64,000 nt of DNA. Origin: the human T2T-CHM13v2.0 reference genome, Homo sapiens. Below, piece by piece: positions 13,161 through 25,491 of the stretch. Positions within the stretch are counted from its first letter, which is position 1. Each line of letters opens with the position of its first letter. The position numbers and the translations under genes were made by a program. The notes under the pieces are model-generated. The model made no database searches and had not been told where the DNA came from. It saw only the letters and a program-made list of their open reading frames with translations. The stretch lies in NCBI RefSeq assembly GCF_009914755.1, contig NC_060926.1, one strand, 5' to 3'.

Positions 13161-14726
13161 GCTGACAATACCCTACATGGCTCAGTAGGAACACAAGACT
13201 CAGGAGATCGACAGCTTGTCAAAGCCCAGGCTGCTTGTAAGTGGGCAGCGTGACTACAAGACCCCGGGTCTTCTTGGACTCTCCACTTGCTCTTGCCCCA
13301 ACCACAGCATGAAGCTTCTCACATGAGGTGACTGGGAGCCAGCCTCATCACCGTGGCTGGAAAGGCCTGCATCTGGTTGCCAATGCGAATGAGAGAACTT
13401 GAAGAGTGTTGGGATAAGAGCTTGTCACTCATTGTTCCTCATGATCGAAAAATGATTGTGCATTTAATTTTGAAACTCAGGAATCATCAAACCAAATAAT
13501 GATTTTTAAAAAGCAACATTAACTTAAAACAGAAGAGCACATTGCAGTAACCAAGGCATCTGTGAGGTCAACCTTCTTCTGCATTCACTGTGGTGAAGGC
13601 TCTGGAATATGGGAGTAAGCTGGTCCCTCTGTGCCACTCCTGTGTCTCTGCTTGTCTCTTCCCACTGTCATCAGCCTTTTATCAGGATGCTCAGCCAGAA
13701 AGTGGCTCCCTTTCTGGGAAGGAAAACAGGGCTTCTCGCCTCCTTGAGAGGATTCCTTGAAAACACACTTGGTTCTCTGCATCCCAGCTCTCTCTTGGCA
13801 ACCCTGCTAACTAAAACGGCTAGGTTTTGCCTCTTCACCTGTCACTAGAGGAAATGAGTCCAAGAGCTTATTAGAATCATCAGGCTAGATGTGGAAAGGC
13901 ACTTTCAAGTCATCAAATCCAGTCTTCCCATTTCACCAACAGTGAAACTGAAGCACAGAGATCTGCTCTTCCCTTACGAGGAAGTAAGGACTGCAGCTGA
14001 CAGCTGAGCTTAGGTGGGCAGCCTTCCAGGACAAGCGTGTTTCTGTTTCGTGCTCCCTCTCTATGCAACATCAGGTGTAATTCAGGTGGTCCACAGAGAG
14101 CGCCCATGTGGAGGGAAATTGACTCTATTGAAGTAAGAGTCAAAACAATACTTCCCTCTTCCCTCAGCACACTGCACTTTGTAAAACACTGGCCAGGCTC
14201 CACTGGGCCATGTGTTTCCTCCCCTGATTCTCCCATGGAGGGAGAGCTACTTGAGGGCAGGGGTAATGTCATATTGATCACTGTATCCTAGCACAACACA
14301 GAGCAAGAACCCACCCCGTACATATTTGTCAAATGAATAATCTCATTTTTATGCTTGATCCATCGTAAAACTGCAATTAAACCCTTTGGGGCACTCCATT
14401 TCCCCAGTTTCATTTAAAAAATCTAATTATCTATGCCATACAGAATTTTTATTAGAAAGTGAAGTCATTAAATAAGCAGACACCAGACTCAGGCCCTGAG
14501 ATAATTGCAAATAGAAACACATCTGTCTGCAGCGCTAAGCTGGACCTGGTAAACACACTGCTGGGAAACATGGCACCCATTCTCAGCACCTGGATTCGTG
14601 GGGGAAATGGGATTCTTAGGCCAGGGAAATTAGGCTTCCAAATTACCCAAGAAAGGCTAATGAGCAATTCTGTAACTGCTTTTCAATACCTCCAGCTTCC
14701 TAGGTGATAGCTGTACTGACAGACTG

Positions 14727-14995
14727 AATCCCAGCACTTTGGGAGGCCAAAGCGGAAGGACTGCTTGAGCCCAGGAGTTCAAGACCAGCCTGGGCAACAT
14801 GGCGAAACCCCACCTCTACAAAAAGTGAAAAGATCTTGGTGGTGCACACCTGTGGTCCCAGCTACTCAGGAGGCTGGGGTGGGAGGATTACTTGAGCTGA
14901 GGAGGTTGAGGCTGCAGTGAGCCATGATGGCACCCCTGCACTGTAGCCTGGGTGACAGAGCAAGACCCTGTCTCAAAAAAAGAAAAAATAAATAA
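14727..14995 (+). mobile_element. AluJ (Jo-like), 5'-truncated
   Basis: GCTTGAGCCCAGGAGTTC and GAGGCTGCAGTGAGCCATGAT J-diagnostics, A-tail, TSD ACTGAATCC at 14723-14731 and 14996-15004. Confidence 0.92.
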
Positions 14996-15454
14996 ACTGA
15001 ATCCAAGTCACCTTTGTATCTGAAGAGCCATCCATCCATATGTTCTGACCTTGTTTCTCCTGTCTCTGTATCCCTGGAAAGCAACTGTTATGCTTTCCAT
15101 TCATAAGTTCAATCATAAAATCTTGGCCTGCTTAAAGGTTCAGTTTATTTCAGTGACAAATCAGCAATCCATTCTTGTGCAAAGGAAGCTACTTCTAGCA
15201 TCATCAAACATTTTCCTTTAACTCAGATGTGTCAAACTCCTCTTCTATTCATCACTTATAGAAATAACATCCCAGCCAACTGCAGAAGCAATTCTTAAGG
15301 CTGTGGTGACAGCAAAATCCTAATAAACTCTCTAAATATTTACTAAGAGACTGAGTTACAACACTGACTGGTTCCACCCCTGTTAAAATCTGCCTGCATT
15401 CTCCAAACACAATTATTTTAGGTCACTGACACGCCAGCCAAGGAAACGACAATG

Positions 15455-15640
15455 CTGTGTACTACGGCACAAAGAGCAAGCAGAACCTAGCTTTAAATTC
15501 TGGTCCTGCCACTTCCTAGCTTCTAGACACGAGGCAAGGGACTTTACCTTTCCCCATTTTCTTAACTGTAAAATGGGGACAATAATACTAATGTCATAGA
15601 ATTGTACTGATAATTGAGAAAAATGTATATTAATGTTTAT
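15455..15640 (+). mobile_element. MIR SINE
   Basis: AAATTCTGGTCCTGCCACTTCCTAGCT...CTGTAAAATGGGGACAATAATAC. Confidence 0.8.
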
Positions 15641-16009
15641 AGTAACTTAAAAAAAAGAAGTTCAACATGCTCAGAATAAAAAATACGAGGCATTCATTTT
15701 AAAGTATTCTCACAGATAGAATATGTTTCTAAAACTCAGGGTGTTTGCTGCCACTTCAAATTTGTTCTCCTTTGAAAAAAAGAGTGTTGGTGATTCGTGC
15801 ATTGTTGTGGTATTGTAGAACATAGCTTATCTAGTGAGCAATAATTTGAAAATTAACCAGCAGTGCTAGGAGCCTGAGCATGGGCAATTTTTAACCTTCT
15901 CAGATAATGAATGGATCTCCAAAGGCTAGAATTCATCCAAAGAGCTTTGTACCATGGTTTTAAGGGGACCCAGAGGTCCAGTAACTGAGAACGCTTTTCT
16001 AATCAATAT

Positions 16010-16240
16010 AACTAAATAACAGCAAGTCTACTGTGAAGTGGGCACCATGCCAGACCCTTTAAATACATAAGATCATTTAAATCTTAGAAGGCAAGTATAA
16101 TTACTGCAATTTCTCAGATGTAAGAATTGAGACCCAGAGAGGTTAGATGCACCTTCAACCACAGTTAAGACAAAGCAGTAGTGGAGTTTGAACTCATGCC
16201 TGACTCTTAAGACCACTTTCTTTCTAATCACCATGATGTC
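16010..16240 (-). mobile_element. MIR SINE
   Basis: ATGCCAGAC..TCATTTAAATC..CAGATGTAAGAATTGAGACCCAGAGAGGTTA..TTTGAACTCA. Confidence 0.75.
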
Positions 16241-16909
16241 TTGTCAGGTAATTCATGCAGCTCCTGAGACAAGATTCTAACCATGATGAAGTTGGAACCG
16301 GAGACTTCTACGAGAGGATGAGTCAAAACTCAGTAAGAAAGGCAGTCCTGGCTCCCTGCCATGCTTCTCTCCCCTACCCTGCTCACAAGGGCTGATGTGT
16401 GGCTCTCCAACCATCACTCCATTGCTCCTCAAGTGGACAGTGGAAGGACAAATGTATTTCAGCCCCAAAGCACAAATCACCTGATTCAACCCTCATGGGT
16501 GACCTAGTCAAGTGGCCACCTCTGGGCCCTACATCAGCCTGCCCTTCCTTTTATCATACCACCTGTCTAACTGTATTATAAGGATCTTTTTCCATGACTA
16601 AATTTTTTTTTGAAAACAGAAATGCTGCTCATTTTTCGAACCCCTAGTTCCCAAAACTGTATTTGGTACAAAGCAGATACTCAATAAATGTAAGATACAT
16701 AAATAAGTTAGAGGATTCAACATCAAGGCTGGGCAAAATGCCCCTGGAGGATGCCTCTAACCCTGAGATTTTATAGCTTAATTATGCCTAAATTAGTTTT
16801 CAATCTCTGGACAGTGGTCCAGGGCTGTCTTTAAGATTGAGATCTCCCAATAGAACTAGGACATTATGGGTCCTTCAGCCTTTCAAAGTGTTCAAAGCAT
16901 TCCCGGTAG

Positions 16910-17080
16910 GCTATTCTATGCCATCCTAAAAGAACAAGAAAATGTGGCCAGTAGGATAGATGCTGTCAACCCCATTTTAAAGATGGAGAAACTGAGGCTA
17001 TATGAGTGAACTGACTTTCTCAGGACCAACATTTGACACTGAGGCTGCTGATTCTCTGGTCTTTTTGTGCTACCATAATA
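16910..17080 (-). mobile_element. MIR SINE
   Basis: CCCCATTTTAAAGATGGAGAAACTGAGGCT core. Confidence 0.75.
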
Positions 17081-17679
17081 CGTGCTCAGCTTATTTTTAA
17101 CAAACCTAGAGCATGGCAATGTGAAGGGACTGGCAGGGAATGGAAAAGAAGAGCGTGTACTGAAGAAAAAAACACCAGGGAAGGGAAGGAACAGCCTCAC
17201 TGGAGAGGGTCACTGACAGCTGACAGTGGGTGCCCCTATGGCCCTGGGGAGCTATGAACTCCTTGCCCAGGGCTGGCTTGGGAGGGTCTACTTGACTCTG
17301 GGTCCCTGACTTATCTAGTTGCATCTAGGCCTGGGAGCAAATGCAAACTGAATTCTTCTTGGTGCTGAGTAAAAACAGGAAGTCACAAGTGGCTTTGCTC
17401 TGCTCTCAGCTGGGGTCCTCAACAGTTCAGGTCAAGGGTACACTTGGGACACTCCAGACAGCTTCCTGGCAGCTCCCTCCACAGTAGTCCAGCAGGGACA
17501 GGAAAAGTGGAGACACCTTCTAAAGAGCCTCCTATAGTGTGGGTTTAGGCAGCTGGACTAAGGAAGTCCCTGTGATCCCTCGGACAGGACCAGGGAGCCC
17601 AACAGAGATGCGTGTATGTCAGCTTCATCACTTTTCCATTCATTGAACCAAAACTGAGGGCTGACTGTGTGCTCAAATC

Positions 17680-17820
17680 AATGTGACCTTAGGGAAATAA
17701 CTCACTTGCTCTGAGCTTAGTTTCCTCATCTGCAAAGTGGAAAGAGCCCCTGCCCCATGGGGCTATTGTGAAGATGAAAGGAAATAACACCAGTGAGGTC
17801 CTTTGCCACATTTGGTATCT
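17680..17820 (+). mobile_element. MIR SINE
   Basis: TGTGACCTTAGG..CTCTGAGCTTAGTTTCCTCATCTGCAAAGTGG..TGTGAAGAT. Confidence 0.8.
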
Positions 17821-19249
17821 ATTTTTAGCACTGAGGCAGTATGCGCCCACTATGTGCCCAAGCCCGTGATGCTGCTGCTGCCCCCTTCCCAGAGCCAGAG
17901 CCCAGAGGCAGGAGGGAATGTGGGCAGGTCTGTTTCCACCTCGCTTTCCCACTCTCCCCTCACAGGAACCCAGGGCCAGCAGGAGGTGAAGTTCTGCCAG
18001 CCCCCAGCCTGGGCCCAGCGCCCATGTTTATGACTGTTTATTTCAGAGCAAGTAGAAAGGAGAAATTAGAGCCATGAAAGACAGGACAACGGACCAATAA
18101 AAACCAGCTCCCAGAAGAGTCAGAAGGAGGAAGACAGGCAAAACTGTCACCATAGCAACACAAGACAGTCAGAAGCACGCAGGAAAAACAGCCCCTGCTC
18201 TGCCTCCTGTCTCCACTGCAAAGCAAGCCCTCGAACCCCAACCAGAGATCAGTGAAAGCCGACAATGATCCACCCAAAGAACTCTGGTACCCAAGCCCAG
18301 ACCTGGCTAGCAGCCACTCTCCTCCTGCTGCCCCAGCACAAGTCCCAGCCTTCCAGGGTCCCAGATCAGCATTCTGTGCCCTGGGGACTCGACACTGTGC
18401 AGATGGCCCAGGTCCCATCCAGAGGAGATAGTGACTGGTGACAGAGAGGAAAGTTTCTAACAGGGAGAAAAGGAGGGTCACAGAGCTTCAGGGGAGATCA
18501 GGGCCCTAAACTCCAGCCCCATGACCCTGTCTTGGGTTCCCTGGGGAGCAGGCGGGTAAACAAGGGTGTGGGAGAGGACATCAGGCCCTGGACACAGAAA
18601 GATTGCTCCATCAGTTCTGGACCTGGCACCCCCAAAACAGTGGCTGGGGGAATTCTGGGGATGCGTGGGGAAATAGCTTTGGAGGCCTTAAATGACAAAG
18701 ATCTTGGCCCTGGTCTCTGGGGACACTGGCTAGCGAGTAGGAGCAGCTTGGAGGAGGACCCAGGGACGGGCTGGCCCATTTTGACAGAGAATGTCTCCTG
18801 GCAGACAAGACAGGTGTCTCCACCAAAAAGCATGGCTGGCCTGGGACCAGCATTTTGGGAAGTGGGTCAAATTGTTCCCAAAGCTCAGTATTGGAAAAGT
18901 GCCTTTTGCCAAACTGGGGTTCTGGGTTCTGGGGGAGGAGAGAGGGTGACGGCAAGGTGTGCTGGGTCCTAGGCACAGCAGCTTTCTGGCTGGCTAAGAA
19001 CGTCTGTGGCAGGTGGCAACAGAAGGGTCCAGGTGTGCAGGGGCTGGGGAGGGGGCCATCCCTCCCTTTGGGGCTGTAGAGAGTACCCAGGACCCCGGGG
19101 CCTCGGGTGGTGGGAAGGGGAGTGTTAGGGGTCCCCTGCAAGAATGGAGCTTATGATACCTGGGGTGGGGGGTAAGTGAGTGAGGGACGAGGGAGGGTGG
19201 TCTGGGAAAGGAACACAATCAGGAGGCAGCCCTCTCAGAAAGAGGGCAA

Positions 19250-19830
19250 CGGGGCACAAAGCCGGACCTCTGTCCGGCGATCGCTAGAGAAGGGCTCCCG
19301 GACGGTGTCCTCCGCTCTCCCTCCCTCCCAAAGGCTGCAGGGGCGTCCGGGAGGAGAAGGATGGCAGGGAGGCGCCCGCCCCGCCTCGCGGTGCCCCGCG
19401 GTGCCCCGTGCAGGCCGAGCCCCGCGCCCGCAGACCCCCGCCCGCGCCCCTGCCGCGCCCCCAGCCGCGCCGCGCTCACCGAGTCGCCGCCGCCCTGCTC
19501 TGCCGCCCGCTCCGCCGCCGCCGAGTACGCCTCTCCCGCGGCCGCCGCAGCCTGCGAGACGGCCTCGGAGCCCCGCCCCGCCCCTCCCCGTCCCTCCCCG
19601 CCCCGCCCCGCCCCCAGCCCGGCTCGCGGCAGCCGCCCCGCCCCGGCCCCGGGGGATCCCCACCCGCGCTGTCACCGGCCGCGTCCTCACCCTAGCCTGG
19701 ACAACCCCATCTCTTTGCCCGGCTCTGCTCTCTGCTCCCAGGAGCTGGTGCGGACCCGCCCCAGCACGGTCGCCCCTGCCCCTTCTCAGCCTTGGCCACT
19801 TGGCCTTGCCTTCCCAGAGGAAGCCCGAAC
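19250..19830. promoter_or_regulatory. CpG-island promoter with multiple GC boxes
   Basis: Very high GC and CpG density against a CpG-depleted background; tandem CCCCGCCCC Sp/KLF sites at ~19571-19650; no obvious TATA box. Confidence 0.95.
19480..19570 (-). other. CYRIA: Non-coding first exon (5' UTR) of a minus-strand gene, probably CYRIA (FAM49A); intron 1 runs off the left window edge
   Basis: Minus strand reads ...GCGGCGGCCGCGGGAGAGGCGTACTCGGCGGCGGCGGAGCGGGCGGCAGAGCAGGGCGGCGGCGACTCG|GTGAGC; donor at 19479-19474, GC boxes immediately upstream, no ATG in the exon. Gene identity is recalled from the mRNA 5' end, not searched; TSS approximate. Confidence 0.6.
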
Positions 19831-20185
19831 CAGACCTTTCTGTTTCTGCACACCAAATTCCTCCACACCCACGGTTGCCCTCCAAGAAAAAGAAATCCCC
19901 GCAATCTCTAGACGCATATTCACCTTCAAATTAATGCCCAGCCAAATCATCCCAATCCCTAGGCACACTCCAAATTACTTGAGATTCTGAACCCAGTCTC
20001 GCTCCCAGTCCCTTTCTGCCCACCCTATTAACAGATCTCCAGCCTTGGGGCCCGCAGTTATCCGATAGGACCACTGTAAAGTCTTCCCAAAGGCTCAATC
20101 CAAAACATGTAATTAACCTTAAAGAGTAAGTCTGCAAAAACACTTAAAAAATTCTATGATGCAAAAAGAAAGTAGTGGGTTACAG

Positions 20186-20198
20186 CGTCATTGACGTG
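20186..20198. promoter_or_regulatory. Paired CRE/ATF half-sites (CGTCA-T-TGACGTG)
   Basis: Motif seen ~0.6 kb upstream of the first exon with CpGs retained; AP-1 TGAGTCA at 20294-20300 nearby. Confidence 0.4.
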
Positions 20199-20780
20199 AT
20201 CATTGTTCTAAAACATCTGCCATGGAGGCTTTTTGCATTAGAGAGAGGGAGATTCAGGAAACCGGAGAGGACTCAGCAGTGCCAAACAGGTTGTGAGTCA
20301 GAGCTCCTGTTGAGGGGAGGGAGAGCTCCTGGGGACCCCGGCTTCGGGTGCTTCCTTTCCCAGTCCATCAGCCAGAACATCATGAAACATGTGTTAAATC
20401 CCCATAGTGTGCCAAGGTACGTGCCCGAAGCTGCATGGGTTGGGGCCCTGTGTGGGCTGGGATCAGAGGAGGCGGGAAGCATCAGGAGAAGGTGTTCAGG
20501 CCCCTCTCCTTTCTGAGATCCAGGGTGTTTCCCCTGGGAGGACTTGTTGCCCAAGCTTCCTTTGCACTCTGAAAGGCTCTCCTGAACTGCCCACAGAGGC
20601 TCTTGGTCTGTTTTTTGGCAAAAATTCACAGAGGGCAGGAAGGCACTGTCTAGTTAGAGTGAAATATTTTCCCACTTGGAAGGGGTCCTTAGGACCAGAA
20701 GAAACACTTTCCCGTTCTCTTTTTGAGTTTTCCCCATGCCCTAGACCAGCCTCTGTTGTCAATTCCTGCAAAGGTGTTTT

Positions 20781-21078
20781 TTTTGTTTTTGTTTTTTGAG
20801 ACAGAGTCTCACTCTGTAGCTCAGGCTGGAGTGGAGTGGTGTGATCTCGGCTCACTGCAACCTCCATCCCCCGGGGTTCAAGCAATTCTCCTGCCTCAGC
20901 CTCCAGAGTAGCTGGGACTACAGGCGCCTGCCACCACATCCGGCTAATTTTTGTATTTTTAGTAGAGACGGGGTTTCACCATCTTGGTCAGGCTAGTCTT
21001 GAACTCTTGACCTCGTGATCCACCCACTTTGGCCTCCCAAAGTGCTGGGATTACAAGCGTGAACCACCGCAGCCGTCT
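20781..21078 (-). mobile_element. AluS (Sg-like)
   Basis: Full dimer, GACCTCGTGATCC, TSD GCAAAGGTGTTTT at 20768-20780 and 21080-21092. Confidence 0.95.
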
Positions 21079-21147
21079 GGCAAAGGTGTTTTATCTGTGA
21101 GTGGCTCTATGAGAAAAGCCTTCTTGCCATGAGGTAAACCATGTCTA

Positions 21148-21149
<2 letters not shown>

Positions 21150-21193
<44 letters not shown>

Positions 21194-21197
21194 ACAC
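21150..21197. repeat. (CA)n microsatellite
   Basis: ~23 CA units with one interruption. Confidence 0.97.
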
Positions 21198-21789
21198 CCC
21201 TAAAATTTTCTGGCTTAATCTGTCCACCTTGAGTTTGGCCAGGTTTTGGGAAGAGTGAGGACTAATCAGCCACAAACACCATTCATCCCCATAAAACACT
21301 ATCATTTCAGACCATGAGAGGACTTTTCACTTTACACCCATCTGTCTCTACTAATACAGCTCAAGTTTGTGAGTAGACTATTTGATGCATGAGATTTCAC
21401 TTCCACACACTTAGAGATGGCTTCTGTTTCAATAATCGAGGGATACCTGCATGGTATTGCCCAGCCCATTATGAAATAATAGGGTTTTCTAATGATCAGT
21501 GTGGAATTTAATAATTGAATGTTTCCTAAGACAAAATTACCAGATGAAAGTCTTTTAACTTTATCAGTAATACTAATAACAAGTTTAAAGGTTATTATCA
21601 TAAAGATTATAGTGAAATTAAACTGCCATTTAGGAGGCAGGTAAGTTGAGACTGAATTTCAGATGGTTGTCACTCACAATATGTGTGCTAAGATGAACCT
21701 TAATATCTTAATTAAAGTAAATGTATACTGAGCTGTGCTAGTTTCAAGGACATCTTTTTCATGTATTTCTTTTTTAAAAGAGATTGATG

Positions 21790-22265
21790 AAGCATGGACA
21801 AAGTGCCAGGCACTGTGCTAAGTAATGGAATAAGGACACAGTTCCCTGGTCTTGAGGAGGACACAGGCAGGCTGCCTGTGGAAAAAGACTAACAGAGATA
21901 TTTGCTGTGTGGACCCAGGAAAAGAAAGAATTCTTTGTGATTGGGGGAAACTGAGAGCAGATTCTTGAAAAGCGCATTTTTAAGCTAAAATATGACGTGG
22001 GAAGTTAGACTTCAATAGGCAGGAAATGCGGACAAAGACACTCCAAGTAGAGAGACAAAGTGGAGGCCTGGGTGAAAAGTGGTCCGGGGTGGCCAGCGTA
22101 CCAGGGGGATCCCACAACGTGGGACAGAGAGTGGAGAGCTAGAACAACAGCCTGAGAATCTGCACTTGATCCTGGGAGCTCCTGGGGACTGAGTGGCCTT
22201 AACCAGAGCCCCGAATAAGGAGCCTGACGATAGGTTAAGGTCCTTAGCAACAGTGAATGGAGAAA
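21790..22265 (-). mobile_element. L2 LINE fragment
   Basis: GTGCCAGGCACTGTGCTAAG...ACAGTTCCCTGGTCTTGAGGAG, reverse L2 3' region. Confidence 0.7.
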
Positions 22266-22714
22266 GAAGAGAAGGCAGCAGTGAAAATGGTAAGCCCCAG
22301 AAGGTTGATTCTATCCAGGGCTCCTCTCCACCCACTGAGACGTATCCAAGGGCATGTGAAACATTCTCTCTAAATCCCTCAGCAACTTCCCTTTACCACC
22401 TGACTCCCTTGTCTCTTCAAAGGATCCTTTCTGCTTCTGGACTTTTGCTGACATACCTACCTCTGCCATCTCAGCTACCAAAAATTATTTCTTCCGATGC
22501 TAGTGATGCGCCTTGGAGACAGTGTGATACTTTGGGCTCAAACTTCTGTCCTCTGAATATTTCTATAAAATTGACAGTCTGAGCCACTTACTCCTCTGAC
22601 ACATCACTTGTGACAGCTGTTTCTCAGGAGTGGCATGCAGGACTTTTCACATGCACAAGCTTCTCAAGGACAGGGACTTTTTTTTTTTTTTCCCGAGACA
22701 CAGATGAAACCATA

Positions 22715-22965
22715 GATTTGAAGTCAAAGCCAAACATAAATCCTAATTCTGCCACTCACTGGATACTTTATCATTTGGTGTTTTTGTTTCCTCTTCCATA
22801 AAATTGGAGTAATAAAATCTACCTAAGAAGGGTGATGTGAAGGCTATTATAAACTGCTTTGTAGCTGTGAAAGAAAAAATATGTGAAGTGTTGTGTGTGT
22901 GTGTGTGTGTTTGTGGCCTCGTGGTGCCTTGAATTGGACTGAGCATGTAGGAAGTGCTCATTACA
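22715..22965 (+). mobile_element. MIR SINE with internal (TG)n
   Basis: AAATCCTAATTCTGCCACTCACT...ATAAAATTGGAGTAATAA..TGTGAAGG..GGAAGTGCTCA. Confidence 0.65.
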
Positions 22966-23712
22966 AACTGTGTTAAAGTGCTTATTAACCCACTGGCTAG
23001 TGGGTTAATTCATAGATAAGGACATGGCAGGGAGACGGAGGGATCCTGTGTCATGAGGCCCTGTAGTGCTCTCTGCTTACTGCTCTGCAAGGAATGAATC
23101 TTTATTTTTGCCCTCCAAGCCCACTAATCTCCAGCAGAAATTATATAATGTTTTCTCCCTGGCATTACTATAATGTCTTACAAAGGTGGTGGGTTTTCTT
23201 GCCAATTGCTGGCCGGGGCCCCTTTATGTAACTAGGGGTTTCTACGGAAACATGGACTAGGCTTCAGAGGGAGCATAATAGATTTGATTATGAACATTGA
23301 GCCAATTTTCACAGCTGACATGAAGCACACTTCCTTGTTGCAAAAATCACAGCCCAAACTGTGTAGAGAAACTTTGTAATGGCTGGAAACCCTTGCCTGT
23401 GGCTGAGTTGGAGCACACGACTTAAGCACTCTGACTTTACTTGCTTTTTAATCACTGAGCATGTCAGGCTCTTTCAGACCTTCCTTCCTCTGCACACGAT
23501 TCGCCACTGTCTTGAATGACCTTTCCACTTGGTCCATTCTTTGAGTTTCTACTCATTATTTTGAAACCTGATTCAAAAGCAACCCCTCTATAATGACTCC
23601 TTCAACTCTCCAAGACCAAGTCGATTGATCTTTCCTGTGCGCTTCCAAAGAATAGCACTCACACGTCTACAGGAGCACTCACCAAGCTGTGATGATTGGA
23701 TAAGTTTCTAAA

Positions 23713-24650
<938 letters not shown>

Positions 24651-25219
24651 TATGTGCCTCCCAAATAGACTATGAGCTCTTTGAGGCCAGGATTTATGCT
24701 TTATTATTGGTCTTTGTATCTCTTCAACACCTGGAAGAGCACCTGATACATTAAAAAATTAATATTTAACAAATGCCAATTGACTGAGTGAATCATTTAA
24801 TCTGGCCTTGCATTTCTTTAGGTTTTTACCAACAATTTATAAACTTACATTAATAAAGCAGAAAGAATGTTGTGGGTTCTTCCCCCATATGAATGTCAAA
24901 GACCTGACTTGGTTCCTGCCAGTTGTTTGACAAGAGCCCCCAATGCTGGATGTAAAGAGCATTCTATTTAGAGTAGATTTCTGATATGTATCAAATCTGG
25001 ATAATACATATGTTGACTTCCAAGGTGGGGAAGAGTATAAACAGCACCATCCACCTTTCTCCCCCAAAAAGAGAAGTGGGGGATGAATTCTCAGGATCTG
25101 GAAAAACAGAGTCAAATGACAGCCAACAATGAAGAAAAATTACATAGCCCAGGAACTGTAAGGGTCGCTGGTGACACAGTGATAATAGGGAAGGAAAGTG
25201 GAGGCAGGGAAGTTAGAGG

Positions 25220-25485
25220 AACCATGTAGGAACTTGGCATTGTGGTCCAGATGTAAATCTGGGCCCCTCCTCACACCTAACAGCAGTTGACTTTGAGCAG
25301 GTTATTTAATTGCCCTCAGTCTTGTTTCTCACATTCATAAATAAAATGATTGTAACAGGACTTGCCACAAGGAGTTGTTTATGCAACTAATGTTTATTGA
25401 GGGCCTACTCTGTGCTAGATAGAAATATTACTAAGATCATGAATGTGCAGACAATTAATGAGTAGCTAGCCCAGTGCCTGATGTA
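25220..25485 (+). mobile_element. MIR SINE (degenerate)
   Basis: GACTTTGAGCAGGTTATTTAA..CTCAGTCTTG..AGCCCAGTGCCTGA. Confidence 0.6.
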
Positions 25486-25491
25486 ACCCAG

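Noticed and set aside
14866-15084. Alu-derived ORFs (also 20496-20939, 23955-24292, 38404-38658, 53221-53724)
   Set aside because: Typical Alu translations with no evidence of exonisation.
16283-16396. Possible C/D box snoRNA (ATGATGA ... CTGA)
   Set aside because: No terminal stem, no recognisable guide sequence, and antisense to the host intron.
18038-19141. ORFs of 111-176 aa on the island shore
   Set aside because: GC-rich chance ORFs overlapping on both strands, with no recognisable homology.
19176-19990. Long Pro/Ala/Arg/Gly-rich ORFs (209-252 aa) on both strands
   Set aside because: Stop-codon scarcity in a CpG island; low-complexity products with no recognisable domain.
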